Source: Heteronotia binoei
Lineage: Eukaryota
Direction of reading: 5' to 3'
DNA length: 64,000 nucleotides
Assembly: GCF_032191835.1 (NCBI RefSeq)
Contig: NC_083228.1
Location: 71,610,001 to 71,674,000 of the forward strand
Made by a program: the position numbers and the translations under genes. The number at the start of each line of letters is the position of its first letter. Position 1 is the stretch's first letter. This document shows positions 47,035 through 60,750 of the stretch, in pieces. The notes under the pieces are model-generated. The model did not search any database and had not been told where the DNA came from. It was given only the letters and a program-made list of their open reading frames with translations.

Positions 47035-50000
47035 GCCTCAATCCCCACAATGCAACCAAGCTGAAGAAGGGTGCAGGTGGGGGTGGGGGCAGAAGGCCAG
47101 CAAGTCACCAGGATGTGGCAAAAGAAAAAAAAAGGGGGGAGGGGGGAATTAAGGAGGGATGGTGGTGAAATATCCTAATTCAGGGGCCCCAGGCCACACA
47201 CACACACCCAAAGTCCACCCTCCTTCAGAGGCCAGGAATCCTCCTAAGCCGGCCCTAAGCTGATCCAAGCAATAGCGTTGCCCTGGGACCACCCCAAGCA
47301 CCGCTACCGCCGCCTCAAACTAGAAGGGGAGGTAGCAAAGGCCCACACGCTCCCCGCAAAGGGGCCCGCACAGCCCCACCAAACGAAGGGCCGCCCCACC
47401 CCCAGTGCACCAAACCGTGCAAGAAGCCCCGATGGGCTGAACGTCGCACCTCCGCCACCTATCCGTCAGCTGAAGCCGCCGAACAGCTGATCCGCACCGC
47501 CTCAGGAGCCGCGTTCCCAGCCCCTTCCGGGATTTGCCGAGCTGCCGACAGCTGCAGCTGCGCGCGTCAGCGTACGAACGCAGCGCGCCTCAGTCCTGTC
47601 TTCCCAGCCGATGCTGGAACAGGCGCGGACGCCGCCGACAAGGCCGCCTCCCGGCCCAACGACGCAGTGAGTAGGGAACAGTCCGCTCAAGCTCCTACTC
47701 CCCCGACGCCTCCACGAAACTGCGTGGAGAGGTTTGGGGCAGAGGCTACTTAAAGCCTCGCCCCCGCCCCCACACAATTCCCGGATGCCCGGGAAGCTCC
47801 TCTTTGATCCTGCCGGGGCTGCAAAAGACGGCCCCACGGCGCGCAGCCGTGTTGCGGCGCGGCCAGGGTGGGGCCGAATTTTTATTGCAATTGCACACTG
47901 TCTTGACATTTCCAGTGAGTTATCTACCACAACCCCAAGATCTCTCTCTTGGTCACTCTCTGCCTGTTCACACCCCATCAACTTGTATTTGCAGCTGGGA
48001 TTCTTGGCCCCAGTGTGCATTACTTTGCACTTGGCCACATTGAATCTCATCTGCCACGTTGACGCCCACTCACCCAGCCTCAACAGATCCCTTTGGAGTT
48101 CCTCACAATCCTCTCTGGTTTTTACCACCCTGAACAATTTAGTGTCATCCGCAATCTTGGCCACTTCACTGCTTACTCTCAACTCCAAATTATTTATGAA
48201 CAAGTTAAAGAGCATGGGACCCAGTACTGAGCCTTGCGGCACCCCACTGCTTACCGTCCTCCACTGCGAAGACTGCCGATTTATACTCACTCTCTGCTTC
48301 CTATTAATTAGCCAGTTTTTGATCAACAAGAGGACCTGTCCTTTTACTTCATGACTCTCAAGCTTACTAAGGAGCCTTTGATGAGGAACTTTATCAAAAG
48401 CTTTCTGGAAGTCAAGGTAAACAATATCTATCGGGTCTCCTTTGTCCACATGTTTGTTCACCCCCCCCCAAAGAAATGTAACAGGTTAGTGAGGCAAGAT
48501 CTTCCCTTGTAGAACCCATGCTGAGTCTTCCTCAATAACTCGTGTTCATCAATGTGCCTACTCATTCTGTTCTTGATAATGGTTTCTACCAACTTTCCCG
48601 GTATTGAAGTCAGACTGACTGGCCTGTAATTACCCGGATCACCTCTGGAACCCTTTTTAAAGATGGGGGTGACATTTGCTACCTTCCAGTCCTCAGGAAC
48701 GGAGGCAGATTTCAATGAAAGCTTTCCAAGTTCAATGAAAGTTTCAATGAAAGTTTTCCAAGCTTTCTCTAATTAATTTCCTTTTTTTCAGAATGCTGCT
48801 GCCATTTCTCCATCTGCACAAAGAAATGCTGATAGATAGAATCACAGCAGAGCCTTGACGTCAACAATGGTGTGGGTGTGGGAACTGCAGCAGGCCAAGC
48901 AGTGGAAGATGAGAGCCATGCCAGGAGCCGCTGGTAGCAGAGGCAATGGGGAGAGCTGTAGCCATGCCAGACTCACTGGCAGCAGAGGAGATACTAGAGG
49001 AAGGCAGGAGCCATAACAAGCTCAGTAGCAGCGACAGTGATGGTTGGTGCAGGGGCCCTGGCAGTGACAGCAATAGTGAGGGGCAGAAGCTGTAGCTGCG
49101 AACAGGAAGGAATAAAATTTTAAAAATTACAAGTTAGGAAATATACGTAATTAGAAAACAATTTATCTTAATAATACAATAAACAAGCAATGAAAATCAT
49201 CTAAAATGACAGCTCTTTCCTCATGCCCTCTATTTTATATATTCCATGGAATGAGAGCAGTATGAAGGTCTGACTCCAGAAAGTACAATTGTTTTTCCTA
49301 TATATTTCAGCATCATTTTCCTTCTGCTATTTGCATATTCTTCCCAAGGATTTCACATATGGGTGACTTAACCAATTGGGGATATCAATGTGTCCAGTGC
49401 CCAATCAAATATCTGGTATCTATTGAGATGATTAAGGACAATGTCACTAACTGAAAGTAGTGGCAATATTTCCTTAATAGGCAAATACAAGTGGGGACCC
49501 ACAAGGAACTTGATAGGGGATAGAGAATCCTGTTCTTTTATCTTGCTCCCCTACCTCCACTGGCTCTTTCCCTTCCTTTTTCACCCCCTTTGCTTTCGAA
49601 ATCCTTCCTGCTCCTTGCTGCCATTGCCACCTCTCCCTCCTGAGCTGAACTGCAATGGGACCTTTCTTGACTCTTCGCCAGTTTCTTCTTTTCCTGCTGC
49701 TTTTCTGGTGATCATATGTTGATGGCAGTGGGGGAGAGGAGAAACTATTCTGAAGCAGAATTGCAGGAGGGAAAGGAACAGATTCTATGGCTGGTTTGGA
49801 AAAAGAAAGGAATGGCCCTTGAGAGGAAAATAACTGCTGTGAAGCTTGCATCTCTCACAGCAGCTTACTGGTTGTTGTTGTTGTTTTGTATCATTGTACT
49901 TGTATATAGGGGTTGCTAAGCAACACTCAAAATGGTGCTGCTGTTGATATCATGACTGTGATGAGTCTTGTTCAGTGAAAGTTGGTTTTTTTTTTTAAAG

Positions 50001-52078
50001 TGTTCATATTTTTCTGAAAACTTCAGGGTTTCCCTGAGTTTACAGAAGAATGCCTTGTGTATATGCCTAGCCCCATTCCTTTACTCTGTCAATCTGCATG
50101 GGGGCCAGGTTCACAATTAAATAAATTATTTTTTTTAACATCATGACAGTAATCCAGGACAAATTGTTGAAAGGGCATGCTTTTAAACAGTGCTAAAAGG
50201 GTTTATGAAAAGGATGGATCAGGCCCAGTCCTTTTTGTACTTATTGAACAAGCAGTTGGGTTGTCATCCTCCAAGTGAGACCTGTAGATCTCTTGATATT
50301 ATAACTGATCTCCAGAAGACAGTTCCCCTGGAGAAAATAGCTGCTTTGGAGGGTGGAGTCCAACTTGGAGTTGGCAACCCAAACAATCAGGGACATGGTA
50401 AAGTATCATGCATGCTAGTTTAATGTGGATATGCCTGTTCTGAAGCACAGAGCCATTCATGGCTAAAAGTAAAGCACATAACAGCCAGGATATGATGAGT
50501 CAGACTCTACCTCCTGGGGATCAAAGTCCAGGGTAGGTGCTCCATCCAGCCTTCTCCCTTTTCTGGTACACCTCACATATGTCTCAGCACAGGGGAGATT
50601 TGGGGGTCACAATACCCTTGTCCTTCTTTCTCCAGCCCTCAGTCCACCTTCCAACTGCTTAGGTGTGGCTGGGCCTGTCCTCCCAGACTGCTGTGGGGTT
50701 GTGCCTAATAAAGGCCTATCTGGGGGTGGGACCATCCTGGGCTCTGCTGATGCCATCTACCCAGTTAGAGGTGGAGCCTGGCTGATCGCCCATTTCTGTG
50801 CCATTTGTGTTTTCCTTCCTTATGAGTTCTGCCTGACCTGAGGTTTCAGAACTGTTGGCCAGAGCTGCTCCCACAAAGTCACCATTGCCTGACTCTTCCT
50901 AGCTCCAGACTCCTCCTGTGGCTCCTGCCCCTAGCCTACTACAGCCCCCTTGGCCTGTGCTGGCTGTGTCAGCCTGGCCAGCTATCCTTGGGTATGACAG
51001 TGAGGCATCCTCCCTTCTTTCCCCCCTGCAAGACTGCTCTAGGCAGGTGAGCCCCTTCCCTGACTGCTTCCCTTACTTCACTGTTGCTGTAGCCCTTGAA
51101 CATCACTCTGCCAGGACATATGGATGTCAGGGGTATATCTGCTGCCTTTCCAGCATTGTTGCACCCCCTTAACCTTGTCCTGGAGCTAATGGTGAGTGTG
51201 GAGGGGGACTTCTCCAGCCCTGTTATTGCCATGGCTAGCCTGGCCAGCCCCCAGAGCTTCAGGTTAGGTTAGTGTGCAGGGAGGACTTCACCAGCCCCAG
51301 ATGTGATGCAGCGTCCATCCTCTGGCAGCTTCAGGGGAAACAATCTCTTTAGTCTGGAGATCAATTGTAATTCCTGGCAAACTTTAGGCCCCACTTGGAG
51401 GCTGGCAACCCTAAATCTTTAGTTCAAGCAAAGGCAGTGTCTGAGTCACTTTTCTCCCCACCTGCAAAGAAGAATGTGGTATGAATTCATCTGTGTGGGA
51501 GAACTTGAATAGCCCTATCAAACATGCAACACAGTTGCTGGATCAGGACATCTATGTTTTATCATTTCTAGGACTGGGGGAGAATTTCCATTTCAGTGAG
51601 GGAGAATTTCCATTTCAAAACAAAAAATGTGATTTCTCCATTGAGCCAATAGAACAAGGAAAGAACCTAGAGAGGCATAAAACAAATATACTGACTGATC
51701 CCACAGATAAGGCATTTTCCCTCTTCCCCCCTTCTCAAATAATGGAGCATACTTTGATTTTTACTATGGTATTGTTAAATTAGGAGTTTTACTGCTCTCA
51801 TCATTATTATGTGAGAGAAACATTGCTTACTTCTTTTTTTTTTTAAGATTCCAGTCCAGACTTGGTGTGATTGTATTTTAGTTTAGGATGTGCTAATGCA
51901 TGCAAGTTATGAATGTTTTATGCATTTTTGCTTTTGCATGCAGACGAAGCCTTTTAAGCTGCCATAGTTTTAATGAAGTTCTAAATTCCCTCTTTGAGAT
52001 ATGAGGGAGCAAATATGGTTCTACCTTATAAAACTGACCAGGATCTTTATGTAATTATACTGTTTATTCATTTGACAG

Positions 52079-52146
52079 GTCCTTACAGAAGAACAAAATA
52101 TAACAAATTATGAATACATAGGTGGGAGCTATAAAAATGTTATGAA
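52079..52146 (+). CDS. Candidate host exon (VLTEEQNITNYEYIGGSYKNVM)
   Basis: ttcatttgacag| acceptor and GAA|gtaaga donor. Its phase-2 end fits the next candidate exon. Confidence 0.35.
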
Positions 52147-52633
52147 GTAAGAAATCACTGGGATACATTCAAACTTTACTCACTATTTTATTGGGCCAAC
52201 TCCAATGCAGAAACTATTGAAGGCACTGTAGAAAAGGAATGTATGTGGTCTGTTTTATTCAGAAGGGCCGTTTGCTTCTACACCATGGTATTACAAGAAA
52301 AAGCTGTAGCAACTCCTTTTTTGTGAAGCCACAAAAATATTATCTCAAGATAGTGTCTTTTGGGACTATCATCCTGTAGTGCCTTAGAATCATAGAGTTG
52401 GAAGGGACCTTGAGGGGCCTTATTCGACATACATTATATGATTTGTACATTATGTTGATTTTTAGTGATATAGTTGTCCATAATAAAGGAATAATGTATC
52501 CGCACTGAACCCACAAATGTAAAATATCTGAAATCTGCTAGAATGTAGGATAACTGGTACAAAGGACTAGAAATGCATCTTTCTATTCTGCAGTAAGTCT
52601 CAGTGACATTTTTCAAGGCAAACTCTACCAAAG

Positions 52634-52781
52634 GCTGCAATCACGCATGTTAAGTAATGCAGTTTCAATCCACTTTCAATGCATGTTCTGACTGCATTTT
52701 TAGTGTGAATTGGCAAAATCCAGTTTGAAAGTGCATTGAAAGTGGATTGAAAATGCATTGTTTAGCATGTATGATTGCAGC
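52634..52781. repeat. 148-bp palindromic MITE
   Basis: ~50-bp inverted arms gctgcaatca...caatccactttcaatgca / tgcattgaaagtggattg...tgattgcagc. Confidence 0.8.
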
Positions 52782-53025
52782 ATTAAAATTCCATTCCTGT
52801 TTTCAAAACACCTGAGCAGCCGCACCATGGAAGGAAGGACCTTTCTGCCTGTCCTACTAGGGATGAAGACTAGCACATTTATAATATGGTATGAACAGTA
52901 CTCACATTGCATGTCTGTGTGTTGATTTTCCCATATACTGTAATTTTGTGTATTGCCATGCACCCACATTTTAAAATCTAATTTTCCATTTGCATATTTT
53001 GCTTATATATGTGGTATTTTGTCAG

Positions 53026-53158
53026 CGCAAATAGGTACTGTAAAGGTCATGATTATTCATCCACCCTGAGACCAAGTTCTTATTGTAAAGTGGTGAAGAG
53101 TAGCTACACTTTATATTCCATGGTGGTCACTGCTCCAAACTACTTTCACATTCCACAA
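53026..53158 (+). CDS. Candidate host exon (ANRYCKGHDYSSTLRPSSYCKVVKSSYTLYSMVVTAPNYFHIPQ)
   Basis: tattttgtcag| acceptor and CAA|gtaatt donor. Open in the phase predicted by 52079-52146. Confidence 0.35.
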
Positions 53159-53799
53159 GTAATTGCCACAGATAAAGGAAGGGTAGAGCCTAAATCCATA
53201 CTGAAGGAACTGCCTCCTTCTTGTATGTGTGATGATATGCAATAACCATGGAAGTTCAGCAGCAACACTGCTAACAAAGGTGTACTTTTATTATGATTTA
53301 ATTTGTTAGCTGCCTTGGTGGCCCTGTAAGGGCAGCAAGGGATGGTATAAATTTTGTAAAGAAATAATAATAAACTAAGAGTCATCCAATGTTGAGTAAT
53401 CAAGTAAAGGCCGTACATGGGAGTACTGGTCTGGAGGGTAGGGTTGCCAAGTCCAATTCAAGAAATATCTGGGGACTTTGGGGGTGGAGCCAGGAGACTT
53501 TGGGGATGGAGCCAGAAGACATTGGGGGTGGAGCCAGGAGCAAGGGTGTGACAAGCATCATTTTGGCCTGGAAAGAGGAAATGAATACACAATATTTCTA
53601 GAGGCATTTTAACTTGCAAAAGATTAATAAGTGCACCGTATTTCTACATTTGGATTTCTAAAATAATGTTCTGGAGCGCCTTCAATGAATCCCACATTTT
53701 TTGGTGCTATACTTTCTTATTAAATGCCCATTCCAGTCAGTTTGGCGGTGTTCTGGATTAATTTTGGCGTGGAACAGGAAAATAACGGAATGACATTTT

Positions 53800-55215
53800 T
53801 GCATTTGTTTTTCCAAAACGTTCTTCCATTGATTGTTTAAAGCCTGTTCCGAGGTGTTCTGGAGGCATTTTGACCTGGAACGGGGTAATAAGGACATGTG
53901 AGTTCCACTTTTTCTGTTCTAGAATATTGTTCTCGAGTGTCTGTGATGCATCCAAGTGTTTTTTGTAGCAGCCCAGGTTGTTTGATGCCTGTTCCGGGAT
54001 GTTCTGGAGGCATTTTGGTACAGAATGGGATAATAAGGACGTGTGAGTTCCGCTTTTTCTGTTCTAGAATATTGTTCTCAAGTGTCTGTGATGCATCCAA
54101 GTGTTTTTTGTAGCAGCCCATGTTGTTTGATGCCTGTTCCGGCCTGTTCTGGGGTGTTCCGGAGACCTTTTGGTCCAGAACAGGGTAATAAGGACATGTG
54201 AGTTCTGCTTTTTCTGTTCTAGAATATAGTTCTCAAGTGTCTGTAATGCATGCCAGTGTTTTTTGTGGCATCTCAGGTGGTTTGATGCCCATTCCGGCCT
54301 GTTCTGGGGTGTTTCGGAGGCCTTTTGGTCTGGAATGGAGTAATAAAGACATGTGAGTTCCACTTTTTTTGTTCTAGAATATTGTTCTCAAGTGTATGTG
54401 ATGTATGCCAGTGTTTTTTGTGGCAGCCCAGGTTGCTTGATGCTCTTTCCGAGGTGTTCCGGGGTGTTCTGGAGGCCTTTTGGCCCGGAATGGGGAAATA
54501 AGGACGTGTGAGTTCCACTTTTTCTGTTATAGAATATTGTTCTGAAGTGTCTGTGATGCATCCAAGTGTTTTTTGTAGCAACCAGGTGGTTTGATGCCCA
54601 TTCTGGCCTGTTCTGGGGAGTTCCAGAGGCATTTTGGCCCGGGGTAATAAGGGCGTGTGAGTTCCTCTTTTTCCATTCTAGAATATAGTTCTCAAGTGTC
54701 TGTGATGCATGCCAGTGTTTTTTGTGGCAGCCCAGGTTGTTTGATGCCCATTCCAGCCTGTTCCATGGTGTTCTGGAGGCATTTTGGCCTGGAACGGGGT
54801 AATAAGGATGTGTGAGTTCCGCTTTTTCTATTCTAGAATATAGTTCTCGAGTGCCTGTGATGCATGCCAGTATTTTTTGTGGCAGCCCAGGTTGTTTGAT
54901 GCCTGTTCCGGGTTGTTCCAGAGGCATTTTGGCCAGGAATGGGGTAATAAGGATGTGTGAGTTCCATTTTTTCTGCTCTAGAATATTGTTCTCAAATGTC
55001 TGTGATGCATGCCAGTGATTTTTGTGGCAGCCCAGGTTGTTTGATGCCTGTTCTGGGGTGTTCCGGAGGCATTTTGTCCTGAAACAGGGTAATAAGGATG
55101 TGTGAGTTCCGCTTTTTCTGTCTAGAATATAGTTCTTGAGTGTCTGTGATGCATCCCAGTGTTTTTTTGAGACAGTCTACGTTGTTTTATGCTCGTTTCA
55201 GGCTGTTCTGGCCCG
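53800..55215. repeat. Tandem array of 145-155-bp units
   Basis: The anchor ttctagaata recurs near 53917, 54062, 54217, 54372, 54527, 54676, 54831, 54976 and 55120. Confidence 0.92.
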
Positions 55216-56661
55216 TTCTGGTTTTTACCCTGTCCCATAATGAAGTGCCCAGCAGACATTCCCCCCCCCCCCTGGTTACTGGTGACTCTGAAGCGAGGGA
55301 TTGGCATCTCTACTCACAAGTTGCTGCCAACTTCTTCAAAGTAACACAGACACACCATCCCAAGAGGAAGCCTTTCCAATCGGAGACCGAAGCCTCTGGA
55401 GGTGGAAAGTCACTTGGTGGCTGTGGACGTGGGGCTTCCCCCGCCGGCCAGCTGACTGGGAGCAGGAAGGAGCCTGGGAAAGCGGGAGAACCCCCACTGG
55501 GACCTGGGGATTGGCAAGTCTACTGGAGGGTGAGGGCCAGACTCTTGCAAGGGGTGGACTGAAGTAAGTATAAGACATTGTTAACATGCTATAAGAGTTG
55601 CATGCTGCAGCATAGACACAGTAGTGGCACTATACATTTGTTACCATGATATACTCATGTGAACTAACCTACAATTTATCCTCATTTTCCATCCTAATAG
55701 TGTTTCTTTCCGGAGAGTGTGTGTGTTGAGAAACATCTCTGTTAATTTCTGCACACATTGAGGCAAGCTAAAGACAAATTAAAATAAGGTAAATGTTAGT
55801 GACATGGATTAACTACTCATGTGAGTTTTGGCCATACTGTAAAGTGAAATAATAACAATTACTTTGAACAACAAGGGGTGCCATTTTCTATTTCAATGCA
55901 CCATTAACAAAATACAGAGTGAAGGGCTGTCATTTTGTCTTTTTGCTTTGGGTGCACAAATGTCTAAGGCCAGCACTGACTCATGAACACAAAACCTAAA
56001 GGATTAATGTGGTCTTTTCCTGGACTTGATTAAATTTCAGGTTAAATAATGAATTTGAGAGCTCAAATGACTTTCACATGCTTTACTGGAGCCAGATCAA
56101 ACATTACAATGAAGGAGGGAAAGGAAAGTGATTACTTCGCACTTCTTTCCCCAGAGAGTAATCCATAACCCCCTGAAATTATCTTGGAGTGGGGTTCAAG
56201 AACCTCAATTGGGAGAAGAAAAGCAAAGAAAAAAGGAGACCACTTCTTGATAACATTTGAATGGTTTTAAAGGCCTGATTCACCATAGGTAGATGCTGAA
56301 ATGTAAGCAGGACTTTTTTTGAGCAGGAACACAGTTCCAGCTGGTTTGATGTCAGGGGTGTGTGTCTTACTATGCAAATAGGTTCCTGCTGGGCTTTTTC
56401 TACAAAAAAAGGGAATTGTTCCTGAGGACTGCTAATCCACAGGTAGAGGCAGGGGATTCCTGGTTTGGAGGTCCTCACCCCACTTCAGGGTCATCAGAAA
56501 GTGGGGGGGGGGGGGGAGAGGGAGATGTCTGCTGGGCATCTTGTTAAAAGTAATTCCCTATGGAGACTGATTCCTATAGGGTATAATGGAAAATTGATCC
56601 ACGGGTATCTGGGGCTCTCAAGTGGCTGTTTTTTTATGTAGAAGCACCAGATTTTCCGCAT

Positions 56662-56985
56662 AGCATCTGGTATTTCTCCTCAAAAACCCTCCCAAGTTTC
56701 AAAATGATTGGACTAGGGGGTCCAATTCTATGAGCCCCAGAAGGTGTCCCACCCCTATCCTTCATTATTCTAAACGGAGGGAAGGCATTAAAAGGAGCAC
56801 AGTCCCTTTAAATGTGATGGTCAGCATCTGGTATCTCTCCTCAAAAACCCTCCCAAGTTTCAAAATGATTGGACTAGGGGGTCCAATTCTATGAGCTTCA
56901 GAAGGTGTCCCACCCCTATCCTTCATTATTCTAAACGGAGGGAAGGCATTAAAAGGAGCACAGTCCCTTTAAATGTGATGGTCAG
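56662..56985. repeat. 161-bp tandem duplication within a minus-strand TAGGGTTGCCA-family MITE
   Basis: agcatctggtat...aaatgtgatggtc is repeated at 56662 and 56823. Confidence 0.85.
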
Positions 56986-57266
56986 AAATCCCTTTGGATT
57001 TCAACTGTGCTTGTCACACCCTTGCTCCTGGCTCCACCCCCAAAGTCCCCAGATAAATAATGTTACTTTGTCTGGAATGAAGTTTTAAATATGCTAATAG
57101 TTTACCTGCAGTTTAGGGAACCATTTGATCATAATTTTGTGGATTTGGTGGGTGACCTTTATCCAGATTCACCCATGTTAATTGCCCCAAATAGGTTCTC
57201 TTTTCAGCCAGTTTCCTGCCTGTCCACCCAGCCCATTCTCACATGCATTTTTTTTTTTTGCAACAG

Positions 57267-57392
57267 AGGGATTCCCTAACAATGAGATGCAGCTTCAAAG
57301 GCTTTACCCAGTACACATTGCAGAAGTCAAGTCTAGGATTTCCAAAATGATAGGCCAAATCTTACTTTCTAAGACCATCACCAATGAACTTG
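57267..57392 (+). CDS. Candidate symmetric 126-nt host exon (GFPNNEMQLQRLYPVHIAEVKSRISKMIGQILLSKTITNEL)
   Basis: Long T tract plus caacag| acceptor and TTG|gtaaat donor. Only one frame is open. Confidence 0.35.
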
Positions 57393-60049
57393 GTAAATAG
57401 CCTTTCCAACAATTACATGACAACAAACTGTAAATTTATTACTTTTAACAAGGGCCTTTTTTTTGAAGGAACACACAGAAACACAGTTCCAGCTGGCTTG
57501 GTGCCAGGGGTGTGGCCTAATATGCAAATGAATTGTTGCTGTTTTTTTCTACAAAAAAGCCCTGTGCAAAACAATGGTAATGTCAGGGGTGTGGCCTAAT
57601 ATGCAAATGAATTGTTGCTGTTTTTTTCTACAAAAAAGCCCTGTGCAAAACAATGGTAATGTCAGGGAGTGTGACCTAATATGCAAATACGTTCCTGCTG
57701 GGGTTTTACTACAATTAAGGACGCATAAATCTCCAGTTCTGACATTTATGATGTTGTTCCCTCCCTTGTGATGTTGTTCCCTCCCAGTTGAACCTTAACA
57801 GGTATAGCCATATAACTAAGCTTATTATTCTTTTAATCTGTTGAAAACATATTCATTATTTTGTAGCTAATTTACTACTCACCTTGTAAATATAAGATGG
57901 TTATTTCTGTTTCCATTCCATTCTATTGGAGAAAGTGTGCATGCACATGAAAGTTCACACTTTGAATAAAACTTTGTTGGTCTTAAAGGTTCCATTGGAC
58001 TTTGTTCTGTTGCATCAGACCAACATGGCTACCCACCTGAATCTAATATTTGCTCATTGTACATGTTAGCTGTGGGTTTTTTCCAGCCCTCAAAAATCAA
58101 TGAAGACATTTGAAAAAGGCTAGCTTAAGTAAAAAAGAAACACAACTATTTAGCATCACAGATAGCATGAGGGCACTATGACACTGCAATGTGATATTAA
58201 AAGAAAGAAAACCCTGGGAGTTTTATTCAGAACACTTTTTAAAAATGAGATTCACAAATTATTCTAATAGTTACTGCCCTCTGAGACCCTTCTACAGAAA
58301 TGGCACTGTTAGTTGCAGAGATAAGGGCTATGAAAAATGGTTTCAATAAAACATTGCAAACCTTTGAAAAATGATTAGAAATATCTTTCCCTTAAAATAT
58401 GACAACAACAAAACACACAATGGTTTGTCATAAAGATTTTTATTAGTTGGTATTACAGAAGCTAAATAACTCACATTCTCATTTTACTACACATGCAGCC
58501 ATCACTAATTTAGTATAGAGACACAGACTAGGATACCCAGAAAGAATACGTGTGTCTCTGTGTGTGTAATTAAAGAGAGGAAGAAACAATTCTTGATTTA
58601 GTAAAATAGATATTGATAGTGAAGGAATAAAGAATGAATAAAGAAGAATCTGCTGGGTCCTGTGGTGATCTCATGGGTAAAGTAACCAAGGCTTTTTTTT
58701 TTTGAGCAGGAACGCAGTTCCAGCTGGCTTGGCATAGGTGGTGTGGCCTAATAGGCAAACAAGTTCCTGCTGGGCTTTCTCTGTATAACCCCTCCCCCCC
58801 TGAAAGTAACAACCACAGGACAATGTCAACATAAATTCAATATAGCTTTGATTGGTCAGGCACCACTTAAGACTTCAAATTGGGTTACATTTATACATGT
58901 TCCACTATCAATTGAGAGGAAAATCTAAACCTGAAAAATCTTTCTCCATGGCATATTAATTTGTTATTATTATCATCATTATTAATTTGCATGGCACTTT
59001 ACAGAGTACAGGACGATGAGATCCTGCGCTGAGGTATTTGCACTTTTCAAATATGCAAAGATTTAATTGCAATCTTATTTTATATGTGCAAGGTATTTTT
59101 TTTTCTTCTTACATGGCAGCATTGATCCATGTCTGCCCTAATCTCAACTGCAGTCTGAGCTGCTTCATTCAGAAACAGATGCATCACATAAACTCTTAGT
59201 CATGCATTTCTGCGATTAAAGGTTGTAATGTAAAAAGATCTGGTCATGTTCATCAAAGTTTTGATCACATCTAGAATTGGACCACTGCAGTGTTGTCTGG
59301 ATGGGGTTGCCTTTGAGGGCTCAACTAGGGCAGAATGTAGCAGTAAGATTGCTGACTGTCATCAACTAGTTGTAACATATTTCAGTGATGATAAAATAAT
59401 AATGCGACTGCCCAGTTGATTTTAGAAACAATTCAAAGTTCTCATCATCATGGTAGATATCTCAATGAAAGTGTCAACTAAGTATGCTACAATGGTGAAA
59501 AAGCCAAAATCTATATTGGGGGATTTGGGTATGAGCACGAACCAAGGAAATGGTGGTTCATTTCATTTCATGATTTGTTTTACTTCTGAACCAGTTTGTG
59601 GTTCATTGGATTGTTTTGTTTGGGAAGTGTAAAATTCACCAGAGGTCTTCAGAAGGCTCTCCTCCACACACCTTTCAGGTTTGTTGAAGATTGGATTTGG
59701 AATGTCCATGTTATAGCCTCCCAAAGCAGGTGCCCCCAGGAAAGCTCTGCTTCATCTTTCACTCTTCTCTCTTTGTGCTGCAGGATGGGAGCTCTGTGAT
59801 TGGCTCCCAGAGCTGCCAATTAAGCTATGGACAACTGCTATAGGTGTTTCAAGGGCTCTCAGAAATCCCTCTTCACCCCCCCCCCCCCCAGCATTGCCTA
59901 GGAATTAATTGAATCAGTGCCAGGCTATTTGGGAAAACTAACCACAAAAATGAACCAAATGAATCACCAAGGTCCAAACTAGTTCAGAATGAACCACAAA
60001 TTAGCTAGATTCATACACAAATTGTGACTCATTAATTGGTCCATGCCTA

Positions 60050-60750
60050 CATCTTTTGGGGATTATTAGGAAAGGAATTTAAAATAAACTGGCCAATATT
60101 ATAATGCCCCTATATAGATCTCCGGAGCAGTCTCATTTGGAAGAGTGTGTGCAGTTCTGCTCACAGTATCTCAAAAAGGACGTCACAGAGCTGGAGAACG
60201 TACAAAAGACAGCAAATAAGATAAGGGAGTTGGAGCACCTTCCTTTTGAGGAAAGGCTAAAGAGCGGTACTTCAGACATAATAGGGACTTATAAAATTAT
60301 GCAGGTGGTGGAGAGAGTTGAGAAAGAGAACTTTTTGTCCTTCTCCCAAAATACTAAAGTTCAAGGGCTTCCAATGATGCTTATGGGCAGTAGACTCTCA
60401 ACGGACAAAACAAAATACTTCTTTACACAATGAGTGATTAAAATGTGGAATTTGCTTCCAGAGGATGTAGAGATGACCACAGGCATAGAGAACTTTAAAA
60501 AAGGAATAGATAGGTTTGTGGAAGATATTTGTATGCAGAAGATATACACAATACATGAATGAATGAAGGGAGCCTCCTCCACATTGAGAGGCAGTAAACT
60601 TTTGTGTACCAATGCTAGGAGGCAACATCAGGGGAAGGCTGCAGCCTCTATGACCTGTTGTGGGACCTCCAGAGGAACTGATTGACAACTAGTGAGAGAC
60701 AGAATTCTGGACTAGATGGACCACTGGTCTGATCCAGCAGGGCTTTTTTT
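60050..60750 (+). mobile_element. Older CR1 3' fragment
   Basis: ORF 60104-60433 (HLEECVQFCSQYLKKD, LENVQK) followed by a CR1-type 3' UTR. Confidence 0.85.

Larger units (their letters stand above)
41257..47880 (-). mobile_element. Near-complete Ngaro-type tyrosine-recombinase retrotransposon
   Basis: A1 47703-47880, B1 41992-42379, A2 41814-41991 and B2 41259-41646. Encodes gag, RT/RH, YR and SGNH. No TSD and no inverted terminal repeats. Confidence 0.96.
40616..48722 (-). mobile_element. 5'-truncated CR1 LINE split by the Ngaro insertion (parts 40616-41256 and 47881-48722)
   Basis: LDFQKAFDKVPH, GVPQGSVLGP and IADDTKL on the right part. QCAIAIK|KANTMLGIIRKG rejoins across the insertion. 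Confidence 0.94.

Noticed and set aside
41257-47880. Classification as DIRS1-type
   Set aside because: No inverted terminal repeats, internal complementary region or methyltransferase domain. Split direct repeats plus a hydrolase indicate Ngaro.
48712-48760. Triplicated ttcaatgaaag at the CR1 5' end
   Set aside because: Best explained as an ordinary microduplication at a 5'-truncation junction.
53800-55215. CRISPR-like array
   Set aside because: Entire units are repeated with no unique spacers, in eukaryotic DNA.
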